DNA from: Candidatus Latescibacterota bacterium
Lineage (GTDB): Bacteria; Krumholzibacteriota; Krumholzibacteriia; WVZY01
Length of the DNA: 64,000 bases
Direction: 5' to 3'
Assembly (NCBI GenBank): GCA_020352495.1
Contig: CP070677.1
Coordinates: 1,975,418 to 2,039,417, forward strand
The translations under genes were made by a program, and so were the position numbers. The notes beneath the pieces were generated by a model that worked only from the letters and a program-made list of their open reading frames with translations, was not told the origin of the DNA and searched no databases. Within the stretch, counting starts at the first letter, position 1, and each line of letters starts with the position of its first letter. Positions 47,979 to 56,955 of this stretch are shown here, piece by piece.

Positions 47979-49141
47979 CAAGCTACAACGTTACTCGCGG
48001 CGGTAAGAAAGGCGGAATGACCCTTCAGGAACTCGCGGCGGAGGTAACCCGGCGGCAAAAGGAGAAGCGCGATTTTTACGCTCCGGCGAATAAGCTTCAA
48101 ATCGCGACGCAACTCCCCGACGGGGATGGCGTCCGGAGACAAGCGCTTCACATCGAAGGGATCGACGCCGGACCGTTCACGCTCGACCATCTCGCGCTCC
48201 GGCAAATCGGGACACACCTCGACGTCCCGGCGAAGTTCGCCGACCGGCTCCGGGAGAAGGAGCCCGACCTTCATGACAATCTCTTTAACGAGCTCCTCCG
48301 GCGCAACCGGGTAAAGAATGATATTCCGGTGCGGCTCGTTCGGACCCTCGACGGGCGGGCGCGGGCCTTCCTCTCCGACTCGTATCAGATCAGGGATAAC
48401 TTCGATCTTCTCGAGGGAATCCTTCCGGCGCTCGGCGAGCTTCCGTTCGGCTCGGAGATCTTTTCGACGAGCATTACCGACCGGAAGCTTTACCTCGAGG
48501 TAACCTTCCCGGGGCTCGAGCTCGACATTCAGGATTTTGTCGACCCTTCGGTTCATCGTCGTCCAAACCGAGGCGAGCCGGACATTCTCCGGAGCGGCTT
48601 CGCCTTGAGCAATTCTGAGGTCGGCCTCGGACGGATCGAGGTCAAGCCGTTCCTCGAGCGGCTCATTTGCATCAACGGCGTCGTCGTCTCCGAGGCGCTC
48701 TTCAGGAGCGCTCACGTCGGTCGTAAGACTTCTCGGGATGATGTCGAGATCTGGGAGGTATTGTCCGACGAAGCCAAGAAGGCGGACGATGGGGCGTTCA
48801 TGCTCAAGGTTCGGGACGTTGTGATGAGCATGGCCGAAAAGACGAAATTCGAAACCGTCGTCCGGCGGATGGCCGAGGCTTCCGGCGAGAAGATCGAGAA
48901 ACCGGCCGACAAGGCCGTCGAGGAGCTTGCCAATCAATTTACCTTGACCGAGGGAGAGAGCGGCGGTATTTTGAACCATCTTATCGAAGGCGGCGAGTTG
49001 ACGCGCTACGGGCTGATGAACGCCGTAACGCGGGCGGCTCAGGACGTCGGAGATTACGACCGAGCGATGGAGCTCGAAGCCCTCGGGGGCAAGATCATCA
49101 ACCTCCCGCGGTCGTCTTGGCAGGCGGTTGCGGCAAAGTAG
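47975..49141 (+). CDS. Hypothetical protein
   Basis: ATGA overlap. RBS GAAAGGAGCC. The ORF is 388 aa. Confidence 0.5.
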   Translation: MTSYNVTRGGKKGGMTLQELAAEVTRRQKEKRDFYAPANKLQIATQLPDGDGVRRQALHIEGIDAGPFTLDHLALRQIGTHLDVPAKFADRLREKEPDLHDNLFNELLRRNRVKNDIPVRLVRTLDGRARAFLSDSYQIRDNFDLLEGILPALGELPFGSEIFSTSITDRKLYLEVTFPGLELDIQDFVDPSVHRRPNRGEPDILRSGFALSNSEVGLGRIEVKPFLERLICINGVVVSEALFRSAHVGRKTSRDDVEIWEVLSDEAKKADDGAFMLKVRDVVMSMAEKTKFETVVRRMAEASGEKIEKPADKAVEELANQFTLTEGESGGILNHLIEGGELTRYGLMNAVTRAAQDVGDYDRAMELEALGGKIINLPRSSWQAVAAK

Positions 49142-49155
49142 GAAAGGAGCAAGAG

Positions 49156-49413
49156 ATGACCGTCTCGGAAGCAAGGACTCTCGTAAGGCTGGTGGAACGC
49201 CGCGACGCGATGACCGCTCTCCTCGCCGAAGACCTCGAAGAAAAGATCGCCGTCGAGATTGCGATCGAAGGACAAGCGCATGAGGAGCTTATTACTTGGC
49301 TCGAAGATCAAGGCCGGGCTGCGGTCGCTGCGGCCTTCGAGTCTTGGCTACAGAGCAAGGTTACCGCGATCGACGTACAGTTGACGAATCTTGGAGTCGA
49401 GGGGCTTTCATAG
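49156..49413 (+). CDS. Hypothetical protein
   Basis: RBS GGAAAGGAGC. Confidence 0.45.
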   Translation: MTVSEARTLVRLVERRDAMTALLAEDLEEKIAVEIAIEGQAHEELITWLEDQGRAAVAAAFESWLQSKVTAIDVQLTNLGVEGLS

Positions 49414-49442
49414 CCTAACGACGATTTTTCGCGATAGTAACG

Positions 49443-49480
49443 GGCTCCTTCGGGGATTTTCTCGGAGGAGCCTTTTTATT
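49443..49480 (+). terminator. Intrinsic terminator
   Basis: Stem GGCTCCT/AGGAGCC followed by TTTTTATTT. Confidence 0.6.
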
Positions 49481-49482
49481 TC

Positions 49483-49791
49483 ATGGGAGGCGCTATGCGA
49501 GCCGAAGAAATAACCGTCGGCGTGGTCTATTGGGTAAAGGTTTCGGGCAAGCTCGCTCCCTGTCGCGTTGATTGCAAATCGACGCGCGGGGGCTTCGACG
49601 TTACGAACCTCAATACGAATCGAAAGATTCGCCTCCGGTCCGCCGGCCGGATACGTCGAGAAGTCTCGGGAGTCGAGCTTCTCGGACTTGCGATCGCCGA
49701 TCAATCAAAGGTGGCGAAAGCATTCTTTCTCGGGTCGGGCATCGTCTTGGGCGTTATGCTCGCGGGCTTTTTAGAAAGGATAACGGCATGA
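49483..49791 (+). CDS. Hypothetical protein with C-terminal TM helix
   Basis: Possible alternative start at 49495. It comes right after a terminator. Confidence 0.4.
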   Translation: MGGAMRAEEITVGVVYWVKVSGKLAPCRVDCKSTRGGFDVTNLNTNRKIRLRSAGRIRREVSGVELLGLAIADQSKVAKAFFLGSGIVLGVMLAGFLERITA

Positions 49792-49819
49792 CGATAAAGC
49801 AAATAGCGGGAGGCTCGAG

Positions 49820-50056
49820 ATGATTCGAATCGATGACGCCGACCGGACAAAAGTCGTTCTCGACGTTCTCGTCATGTTCAAAAAGCGTTACGAGGAAGAT
49901 GCGAAGCTCGTCGGAGAGTTCCTCGGTTGTATCGACGACCCTTCAGGCTCAGGCGAATGGCCGAGCTTCAATCGAGGTTGCAACTCTTCAGATGTTTTTC
50001 ATAGACTCTTGGAGATGCGGAAAAGGTTCAAAGCGGAGGAAAGCTATGGCGATTGA
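49820..50056 (+). CDS. Hypothetical protein
   Basis: The ORF is 78 aa. Confidence 0.35.
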   Translation: MIRIDDADRTKVVLDVLVMFKKRYEEDAKLVGEFLGCIDDPSGSGEWPSFNRGCNSSDVFHRLLEMRKRFKAEESYGD

Positions 50057-50489
50057 AAAAACGGTTTGGGTCCCGGAGACGGGCGTCGATGGCGAAACGC
50101 GACTTTTCGAAGACGAACAGGCCGCGATTAATTTCGAGATCAAGCATCGGCGAATCTTGGCGGTTAATCAATTCTTCGGAACGGCAATGCAAGGAAATAC
50201 TTATCTTGACTCGGCGAGCGTTTTCTCGAAAGCTATCGCGGATAATTACGATCGATTCCTCGACGATCTCGGACTCATGGAAAAGGATGGCTTCGATCCG
50301 AGGGTCGATAAAGCGCTCGAAATTATCGAGAGCTATGGCGGAATCGACGGCGGACATCACAAGACTTGGGTTATCGATCAGGTCGTCCGAGCGCTTGTCG
50401 GCGAGCGTTACGCCGAATGGGTCGCGGAGCAAAAAAACGGCGAGGATGGGCCAGACACGTACGAGTGGGACGAAGGGATCGCGCCATGA
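50046..50489 (+). CDS. Hypothetical protein
   Basis: RBS GGAGGAAAG. Confidence 0.45.
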   Translation: MAIEKTVWVPETGVDGETRLFEDEQAAINFEIKHRRILAVNQFFGTAMQGNTYLDSASVFSKAIADNYDRFLDDLGLMEKDGFDPRVDKALEIIESYGGIDGGHHKTWVIDQVVRALVGERYAEWVAEQKNGEDGPDTYEWDEGIAP

Positions 50490-50728
50490 GAAGTGATAAC
50501 GTTACGAGCTTTGAATGCCCGACCCGCCTTGATGCGAATATCGCCGGGCAATGCGTCGAAAGGATCGGGGTTTCTATTATCTCGATTATCTATCGAGAAG
50601 ACGAAAACGAGCCGGAGGCGCGATGGCGTACGATTTGGACGATCTTCGTCCGTTTCGACGAGGACCTCGTTCCTTACTCTAAAATCCTTAGCGAATTGAG
50701 CGGATGCGGAGCGACGTATCGACTATGA
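50486..50728 (+). CDS. Hypothetical protein
   Basis: ATGA overlap. Confidence 0.4.
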   Translation: MRSDNVTSFECPTRLDANIAGQCVERIGVSIISIIYREDENEPEARWRTIWTIFVRFDEDLVPYSKILSELSGCGATYRL

Positions 50729-50982
50729 GCGAACACGACTTTTGCCGAACCTTCTTGACGCAAGTCATGGGAGACGTCCGCAAGCTTACGACGGCGGAGG
50801 AGCGCAAGAAGTCTTGGGCCTATCGGGATTCGATGGGCAACGTCGAGTTTCACGGGCCGGGCGGCTTCTATTGGCATGGGCGCGGATGTTGCAAATGGTA
50901 CGCGCAAGCGGAAGGTTGGATCGCCTGGCTTGAAAAACAGAAAGGAGCCGAAGATGGCGGAGATTCGCGGGAAGATGGATGA
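50725..50982 (+). CDS. Hypothetical protein
   Basis: ATGA overlap. Confidence 0.4.
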   Translation: MSEHDFCRTFLTQVMGDVRKLTTAEERKKSWAYRDSMGNVEFHGPGGFYWHGRGCCKWYAQAEGWIAWLEKQKGAEDGGDSREDG

Positions 50983-51190
50983 AGCCGAGAAACACGTTTG
51001 CGAAATGTTGCGGATGGCCATTTCGACGGGCCTCCGGCATGGCGTTACGCTTCGAGGAAATCGCCTCTCGGTACGATGGAACGACTATACCACGAGTCCC
51101 GATCCGGGAGGGGATCTCGTCGGCGTCGACATGTTGATCCTCAACGTTGTAACCGGGGACGAGGAAGAAGAGCGTCCCGAAACCAAGTAA
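50954..51190 (+). CDS. Hypothetical protein
   Basis: RBS GAAAGGAGCC. Confidence 0.4.
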   Translation: MAEIRGKMDEAEKHVCEMLRMAISTGLRHGVTLRGNRLSVRWNDYTTSPDPGGDLVGVDMLILNVVTGDEEEERPETK

Positions 51191-51206
51191 TCGAAAGGAG
51201 CCGAAG

Positions 51207-51731
51207 ATGCCAACGAAAAGGAACACGAAAAGGAACACGAAAGTCGCAAAGAAGCTCGTAACGCTTAAGCCTGAAGCGCTTGGCGATTCGCAAACCGAGA
51301 TGTTTGTTAGCAAGATTCTCGGGAAGAAATGGAAGCCCGAAGGCTTCGAGCTTTATCCAGGAACGTACGAGGTCAAAGCGCGAATTCAGCTCGAGGTCGA
51401 GGGGATTCTTCAAAAAGTTGGCGATCATGAATATACGCCAACGGTAGACATTCCCCTAAAGGCGACCTTGGCGCTCTTGCTCCAGCGGATGGGGATAGGC
51501 CGGGAAGCCGCGATGGAAGTCCTCGCCGAATGCATGAGCGAAGCGATCGAGGCCGGCGAAAAGGGCGCGGAGTTTCTCAAGGAAAAGACCAAAGACGTTG
51601 AGATCGCCATGGCGCGGGTTACGGCAACGGCGAAGAAGCTTCCGAAGAAGACTCGTAAGGGCGCGCTCAAAGTCATCCACGGGAAGGTCAAAGTCTCCGC
51701 GCTTCAGGGCGGATCGGTACAAGTCGACTGA
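51207..51731 (+). CDS. Hypothetical protein
   Basis: RBS CGAAAGGAGCC. A terminator follows. Confidence 0.5.
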   Translation: MPTKRNTKRNTKVAKKLVTLKPEALGDSQTEMFVSKILGKKWKPEGFELYPGTYEVKARIQLEVEGILQKVGDHEYTPTVDIPLKATLALLLQRMGIGREAAMEVLAECMSEAIEAGEKGAEFLKEKTKDVEIAMARVTATAKKLPKKTRKGALKVIHGKVKVSALQGGSVQVD

Positions 51732-51761
51732 TCGGCGGAAGGCTCTTTCTTCTTCTTGAGC

Positions 51762-51788
51762 TCGTCGAGTTCGACGAGGAGCTTTTTG
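51762..51788 (+). terminator. Intrinsic terminator
   Basis: Stem CTCGTCG/CGACGAG followed by a T-rich tail. Confidence 0.6.
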
Positions 51789-52128
51789 ACGGTCTCCTGA
51801 AGCCGGCGGCATTCTCTAACGAGCGTCCGATAGCATATTTGACAAGATGGGCAAACGAAGTCGCGGGTCTCGTTACGCAACGGTCATCTCCTTGGCAATA
51901 GGCCGACCTCGGAGCCCGCGACTCCTTCTTTTCTCCCTTTCACCAAAGGGAATCCGAACGCCGGAAGCCGACTCTTCTTCATGGTTCTCGCCTAAAGTCT
52001 ATCACGGCGGTTGGGTTATCTCCTCGGGATTTTCATTTAACTTTCCCTTGAGTTCCTCAACATTTCGGGTACTTTAGGCTCCGGTGAATTGACTTTTTTT
52101 GACTTTTCTTCATCTTCTCTACAACGTC

Positions 52129-52155
52129 GCTCCCATCCGGGAGCCTCCTTTTTTT
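52129..52155 (+). terminator. Intrinsic terminator
   Basis: Stem GCTCCC/GGGAGC followed by a run of seven T residues. Confidence 0.55.
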
Positions 52156-52157
52156 GG

Positions 52158-52185
52158 TTGACGCCATGGCTTCATTTGCTACACT
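52158..52185 (+). promoter_or_regulatory. Sigma70-type promoter (leaderless ATG)
   Basis: TTGACG, 16-nt spacer, TACACT, then 6 nt to the ATG. Confidence 0.5.
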
Positions 52186-52191
52186 GAAGCC

Positions 52192-52524
52192 ATGGCTGAT
52201 TTTCAATTCTCGATTACGGTTACCGGGAAAAGTCCCGAGGGGCTCTTCGTTGAGCTTCCCGAGGGGGCGGACTTCGAACTCGCCGGCTTGGGTACAATTA
52301 TAATCCCATTCCTGATTCGCTCTCAAATGAGCGAAGAGGTTTCGCTTCGGCTTTCGCGCGAAGTCGAGGGACCGTCGAAGGATAAGGCTACGGTTTCGAT
52401 CTTCGCCGATTCCATGGTCATACCTCCGGGCGCGAGGCTCTCAAATCACTTGACCGTCGAGGCTAACGAAGCCTTCGGCGAGGGAGACGAGATTTCGATC
52501 GAGGTCTCCGGGGAGGCGACATGA
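52192..52524 (+). CDS. Hypothetical protein (possibly leaderless)
   Basis: The ATG is 6 nt after a TACACT -10 element. Confidence 0.4.
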   Translation: MADFQFSITVTGKSPEGLFVELPEGADFELAGLGTIIIPFLIRSQMSEEVSLRLSREVEGPSKDKATVSIFADSMVIPPGARLSNHLTVEANEAFGEGDEISIEVSGEAT

Positions 52525-53117
52525 GGCTTTTCAGCGATTCTGCGGCCGAGTCGGTTTCCGGCTTCATCCGCGCGGTAATCGGGCTCCTCGCGGTTCCCGT
52601 CCGCGAAATGCACCGGACGATCGGGCATTCGACCGTCTCGGGGGCGCTCCTTCTTGCGCTCGGGGCGATCGGCGCAACGATCGCGTACCAAGTCACGAGC
52701 TCCGACCTCACGAGCGAGGCTTGGAAGGCGCTCAAGCGCGAGAGGCTTGCCCGGGCGGCGGTTTACGAGGCTCAGGCCGCGGAGGCCGGGAAGGACATAC
52801 AGGGGCGCACATGGGCGCTCTCGGCGATCCGCGCGGACTCCGCCGGCGTCCATCTCAAGTTCCCGCCGATCGCCGGCGCTACCCATCTTCAGATCGGTTG
52901 GCGAACGACGAAAAGCAACGGCCTCGAAACCTTTGAGATTCCACAGCCGGCGGAGGGGGAGCCGACGGCGCTCTTTTATGAAGTTACCGTAACAAAAGAG
53001 GCGGTCGGATCAGCTTGGGAGTCCGGAGCTCGCTTTACGATCGAGGCCGAGCAACGGTTCCCGGACGGCGGGCGCGCGAGATTAGACGGAAGGAACGATG
53101 CTGTAACCCTACCTTGA
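52521..53117 (+). CDS. Hypothetical membrane protein
   Basis: ATGA overlap. Two hydrophobic helices. Confidence 0.45.
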   Translation: MRLFSDSAAESVSGFIRAVIGLLAVPVREMHRTIGHSTVSGALLLALGAIGATIAYQVTSSDLTSEAWKALKRERLARAAVYEAQAAEAGKDIQGRTWALSAIRADSAGVHLKFPPIAGATHLQIGWRTTKSNGLETFEIPQPAEGEPTALFYEVTVTKEAVGSAWESGARFTIEAEQRFPDGGRARLDGRNDAVTLP

Positions 53118-53169
53118 GACGCAAACAACAAGCCTCGGGGGGTTTAGGCTTTGGTCTGGCGGAGGACCA

Positions 53170-53200
53170 CGGCTCCTTTCGGCCTCTCGGGGCTTTTTTT
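53170..53200 (+). terminator. Putative terminator
   Basis: A GC-rich region followed by a run of seven T residues. The hairpin is not cleanly resolved. Confidence 0.35.
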
Positions 53201-53201
53201 C

Positions 53202-53230
53202 TTGACGTCGCGCCCTCAGTTTTGTAATAT
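53202..53230 (+). promoter_or_regulatory. Sigma70-type promoter
   Basis: TTGACG, 17-nt spacer, TAATAT. The leader is about 100 nt long and contains a stem-loop. Confidence 0.65.
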
Positions 53231-53329
53231 CACTGAGTCTTGATTTCCCGGAGCGGCCGAGGCGCTCTTTAGGGTTGCTTCCTTGCGCGCTCGGCCGTTC
53301 CCTTTTCTACAAAACGAAAGGAGCCATCG

Positions 53330-53662
53330 ATGGCGCGAATGAAACGAATGCCCGTAACGTTGCAACTCTCGACCGAGATCAATTACCGGACGCTCGACGA
53401 GCTTGTTAAGCGGCTTGGGAGGGTTACGTTCGAACTCTCCGGAGCCGTCGGGAAGCTCGACGGGATCCCGGGTGTCTCCTCTCCCAAGTTCGACATCAAG
53501 CGGGGGCTTCGGGCGGCAAAGGGCGCTGTTGAGGCTTCGGAGGAGAACGAGGAGGAAGATGGCCGCTCCGAAGAAGATAACGAAGAAACACAATTCGAGG
53601 AAGGTACATCAATGCAAGACGTGCGGGAGGAGGATTCGGGGGCCGACGTTCTTCAAACATAG
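53330..53662 (+). CDS. Hypothetical acidic protein
   Basis: RBS CGAAAGGAGCC. Confidence 0.45.
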   Translation: MARMKRMPVTLQLSTEINYRTLDELVKRLGRVTFELSGAVGKLDGIPGVSSPKFDIKRGLRAAKGAVEASEENEEEDGRSEEDNEETQFEEGTSMQDVREEDSGADVLQT

Positions 53663-53834
53663 GCGAGTATGCGAGTCGCAAACCGGGAGCATGTCTCACA
53701 TCTATCCAATCAAAATCGATTCCCGTCTTTACCGATCTTGGCGGTTGATCCTCTCTCTTAAGAAGGAGACAATCCGCGAGGCGTTGATTCGCCTGATTAC
53801 CGCCGAAGTACAAAACGAAAGGAGCAACAAATGA
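53559..53834 (+). CDS. Possible overlapping small zinc-ribbon protein
   Basis: An alternative frame overlaps the 3' end of the ORF at 53330. 'HQCKTCGRRIRGPTFFKHRRVC'. Confidence 0.3.
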   Translation: MAAPKKITKKHNSRKVHQCKTCGRRIRGPTFFKHRRVCESQTGSMSHIYPIKIDSRLYRSWRLILSLKKETIREALIRLITAEVQNERSNK

Positions 53835-54559
53835 GACGTTACTGGGACTTATCAGAACGAGAGCGAGCCGAGCTCAATTCGGAAGAGATCGAAAACTTTC
53901 GGCAAGTTGAACTCATGGAAAAGGGGCTCGTCGTTCCGGAGAAACCGAAAGGTATTGAGCTCGAAGATGTCTCGGTCGAGAGCGTAAAATTCTACGTTAT
54001 AAGTTACGTTGGGAGGTACTCCCATTCCGAAGATTTGGGCATTGCTTTTTCATGCCCGGAGGATGCCGAGGCGTTTCTCGCGCTTCGTCCTCGGTTCGTA
54101 GATTACGACACCGCAATCGGCAGCGACTATAAGACCTCAACGCCGCTCGATCATAGAGAGCCGCCGTCGATCAAACCGATTGGACTTTTCCCCAAGGATA
54201 AGCTCGATTCGGTCAAAGAAGCGCTCCGGAGCAATAAGAAGAAAAAGGAGGCACATCGCGACGCATCCAATGCGTATCAAAGAAAGCTCCAAGAGATTTA
54301 CAAAGAAAGCGAAGCGATCATCAGCGATTGGCATCAATGCATAGAGAAGCGGGAGGCGGTCAAGAGCCTTCTCCGGACGTGGAACCGTTACGTCGAGCTC
54401 GCCGAAGGAGATGAAGCCATCGCGGGGCGCTTTCTTGCGAAGGCGTATGAGCGCGAAGAAATTCAGGATGCTTTCGCATGGGAGCGGCTTGGATTGCCCG
54501 ATGGGCTCTTCGAAGAGGAAAGCAAAGGAGAAGAAGAATGCGATACGTTTACTTCATAG
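53831..54559 (+). CDS. Hypothetical protein
   Basis: RBS CGAAAGGAGC. Confidence 0.5.
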   Translation: MRRYWDLSERERAELNSEEIENFRQVELMEKGLVVPEKPKGIELEDVSVESVKFYVISYVGRYSHSEDLGIAFSCPEDAEAFLALRPRFVDYDTAIGSDYKTSTPLDHREPPSIKPIGLFPKDKLDSVKEALRSNKKKKEAHRDASNAYQRKLQEIYKESEAIISDWHQCIEKREAVKSLLRTWNRYVELAEGDEAIAGRFLAKAYEREEIQDAFAWERLGLPDGLFEEESKGEEECDTFTS

Positions 54560-55062
54560 ACAAAAGGTTCGGAGATAATACCTTCGAGCGACATATTCTC
54601 TATCCCCTCGAGGGTCCCGGCGAGTCGATCGTTTACGAGGACGATGGGCCTATCAAGACGAACGTTGCCTGCGTCTTTTTGGCGAAAGATCCGATGGCCG
54701 TCGACCCGGACTCAATTACGGTCTATAGCCAAGAGCGCGAGCCGGCCTTCCGGCTTTTCAACAAGATTCGTATGATCTTCGAGCATTGCTCCGCCAACGT
54801 TATCGCGATTTCTCATATCATCGACGAGCTCGACCTTCCGCCGTCGACGCATCAGCAACCTCCCCGACCGCGGACCGGCTCTTATACGCCTCCGCAGAAC
54901 GTTGTAACGACGCCTCCTCCGCCGACGAGCCTTTCGGAGTCAACAAACGATCGGCCCAAGGCGACGACGACGACGCCTCCGCCGAATGTTGAACCATCGC
55001 CGAGCGCCCTCCGTCATGGTCGAACGTCCGACGAACCTCGCGAAAAGGACTGGATGGGATAA
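54538..55062 (+). CDS. Hypothetical protein with Pro/Thr-rich C-terminus
   Basis: An internal ATG overlaps the upstream stop. Confidence 0.4.
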   Translation: MRYVYFIDKRFGDNTFERHILYPLEGPGESIVYEDDGPIKTNVACVFLAKDPMAVDPDSITVYSQEREPAFRLFNKIRMIFEHCSANVIAISHIIDELDLPPSTHQQPPRPRTGSYTPPQNVVTTPPPPTSLSESTNDRPKATTTTPPPNVEPSPSALRHGRTSDEPREKDWMG

Positions 55063-55148
55063 AGGAGGATGCGAAGACGGAAGAAAGGAAAATTAAAGTT
55101 CAACCGGGACCTTGCCGGACTTGCATCCATTGGAAGGAGGTCGAAGGC

Positions 55149-55295
55149 TTGAAAGTTTGCGACCTCGCCAGGCATATCGGTAAAGGGAAATACGTCGACC
55201 GGCACCTCCCCTATCCATGGCCGAACACCGGGCCGGATTACGAATGTTGGCTTTGGAAGAGAAAGCTCGGCGATCCCGGAGAGGCGAAAGAATGA
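55149..55295 (+). CDS. Possible unlisted small Cys-rich ORF (TTG start)
   Basis: GGAAGGAGG lies 8 nt upstream of a TTG start codon. The stop overlaps the next ATG as ATGA. Confidence 0.25.
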   Translation: MKVCDLARHIGKGKYVDRHLPYPWPNTGPDYECWLWKRKLGDPGEAKE

Positions 55296-55762
55296 GCCTC
55301 GAGGACTTCCGTTGTTACGAGCGAATAAGTACGCTCGAAGCACCGAACTTTGCGACCTTTATCATGGGCGCTTTGTCGACCGCCGATTCGACCGAGCATC
55401 TTTCCGTCCTCGTTCAAGCCTTTCCCGAAATTTGGGCTGAGTTTTCTATACGTTACAACGCTCCCTGGGGCACGATTGATATCTCCGAGCTCCGGAAGGA
55501 GTCCGTCGACCGGGGCCTCGCTCTATCCAAGGAAGACGAATCTGCGGCTTTAGAGAAGATCGTCGAGGCGCGCGAGCTCGCCGAGCAAAGCACCGGAGAT
55601 CTTTTTAGCGAGCCTCCGCCGGAGTTCAATCCCAAGCCGGAGAAGTCTTCGGCGGAGACCCTCGCCGAGGACATGCAAACCATGAGCGAATGGATGAAGG
55701 AAGATAAGGCCGAAGATTTTGTCGGCGACCTTATCGACATTGTAAAGGAGGACAATGAGTAA
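55292..55762 (+). CDS. Hypothetical acidic protein
   Basis: The ATG is at 55292. Confidence 0.45.
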   Translation: MSLEDFRCYERISTLEAPNFATFIMGALSTADSTEHLSVLVQAFPEIWAEFSIRYNAPWGTIDISELRKESVDRGLALSKEDESAALEKIVEARELAEQSTGDLFSEPPPEFNPKPEKSSAETLAEDMQTMSEWMKEDKAEDFVGDLIDIVKEDNE

Positions 55763-55991
55763 CGAAGGATTCAAGCGATACCTCGGCGACGGCGTTTACG
55801 CCGATTACGACGGTTACCACATCGTTTTGACGACGGAGAATGGAATCACGACAACGAATACGATAGCTCTCGAGCCGCCGGTTATGGAGGCGCTCAAAAG
55901 GTACGAAAAGCGTCTCAGCGAAATCGTATCAGCAAGGCGGGCGGAAGAAGAAGGGAAGGAGGAAGAGCCGTCCGGCGAAAGCGAAGGTTAA
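55755..55991 (+). CDS. Hypothetical protein
   Basis: The ORF is 78 aa. Confidence 0.4.
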   Translation: MSNEGFKRYLGDGVYADYDGYHIVLTTENGITTTNTIALEPPVMEALKRYEKRLSEIVSARRAEEEGKEEEPSGESEG

Positions 55992-56019
55992 GCAACCCAA
56001 AACCGAAAGGAGCCAAAAG

Positions 56020-56955
56020 ATGACTACTATTACAAGCGATGATTACGAGGACTTTCTTCGACCGACCGAACGTCTTGATCGCGATCTCATAAAGGCGTTA
56101 AAGGCCGGAGGAGACGAGATCGGACTCGAGACCGCGCGATGCCTCGTTGCGATGTATTACAACGTTCAAGAGCAACGCAAGCAATCCGGCAATCGCATCA
56201 GCGCGGCTCTCCGCCATGGGGGCGATCCCGGTGGACTTGTCAAATGGTTTCACAAGCAAAACGAAGTTTTCGAGGCGCAAATTTCGCGCGCAATCAAAGC
56301 GATTTCCAATCAAAGCGAGATCTCCCAATGGGCAGCCGAAGTTGTCGGCATGGGGGAGGTCCTCGCGGTCGGGCTTTGGGCCTACATCGACATGGATATC
56401 GCGACGACGGTCTCGAAGATTTGGCGCTTCGCCGGCCTCGATCCGACATGCAAATGGGAGAAGGGACAAAAGCGGCCGTTTAATCCCGATCTCAAGGTGC
56501 TCTGTTGGAAAATCTCCGATTCTTTCGTCAAGGTCTCGAATCGCCTCGATTCGTATTACGGTCGGATTTATCGCGAGCGTAAGGAGTTCGAAATCCTCCG
56601 AGACGGGGACGGATACAACAAGCCGGCGGCGAAAGAGAACCTCGCCTGGCGCAAGAAGAAAAATAAGAAGACCTCGGCGGAATGGAGGGCGATCCTCGAG
56701 TCGGGGCGGCTCCCGGCGTTGATCCTCGATCTCCGCGCGCGGCGCTACGCTTCCAAGCGCTTCCTTTCTCATTATTGGGAAGTCGCTTACGAGCTTCATC
56801 ATCGCAAGAAAGCTCCTCGGCCTTACGTCGAGGTTCATCTCGGGCATACCGATATCGTCTCGGCGGCGGAGGTCAAGGAATACGAACGAGTAAACGCCGA
56901 CGCGGAGAAGCAACGACAGAAGATGCTTAAGAAAGAGAAAGGCGGCGAGGAATGA
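56020..56955 (+). CDS. Hypothetical protein
   Basis: RBS CCGAAAGGAGCC. The ORF is 311 aa. Confidence 0.5.
   Translation: MTTITSDDYEDFLRPTERLDRDLIKALKAGGDEIGLETARCLVAMYYNVQEQRKQSGNRISAALRHGGDPGGLVKWFHKQNEVFEAQISRAIKAISNQSEISQWAAEVVGMGEVLAVGLWAYIDMDIATTVSKIWRFAGLDPTCKWEKGQKRPFNPDLKVLCWKISDSFVKVSNRLDSYYGRIYRERKEFEILRDGDGYNKPAAKENLAWRKKKNKKTSAEWRAILESGRLPALILDLRARRYASKRFLSHYWEVAYELHHRKKAPRPYVEVHLGHTDIVSAAEVKEYERVNADAEKQRQKMLKKEKGGEE

Noticed and set aside
51456-51812. Minus-strand 118-aa ORF antisense to 51207-51731
   Set aside because: It is Arg-rich, with no RBS. The + ORF has the conserved CGAAAGGAGCC RBS and fits the operon direction.
52057-52326. Minus-strand 89-aa ORF
   Set aside because: It runs against a promoter-driven + gene. 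It spans the terminator and promoter elements.
55069-55152. 27-aa ORF with ATG directly abutting AAGGAGG
   Set aside because: Zero spacing between the SD and the ATG. The Cys-rich alternative frame is more protein-like.
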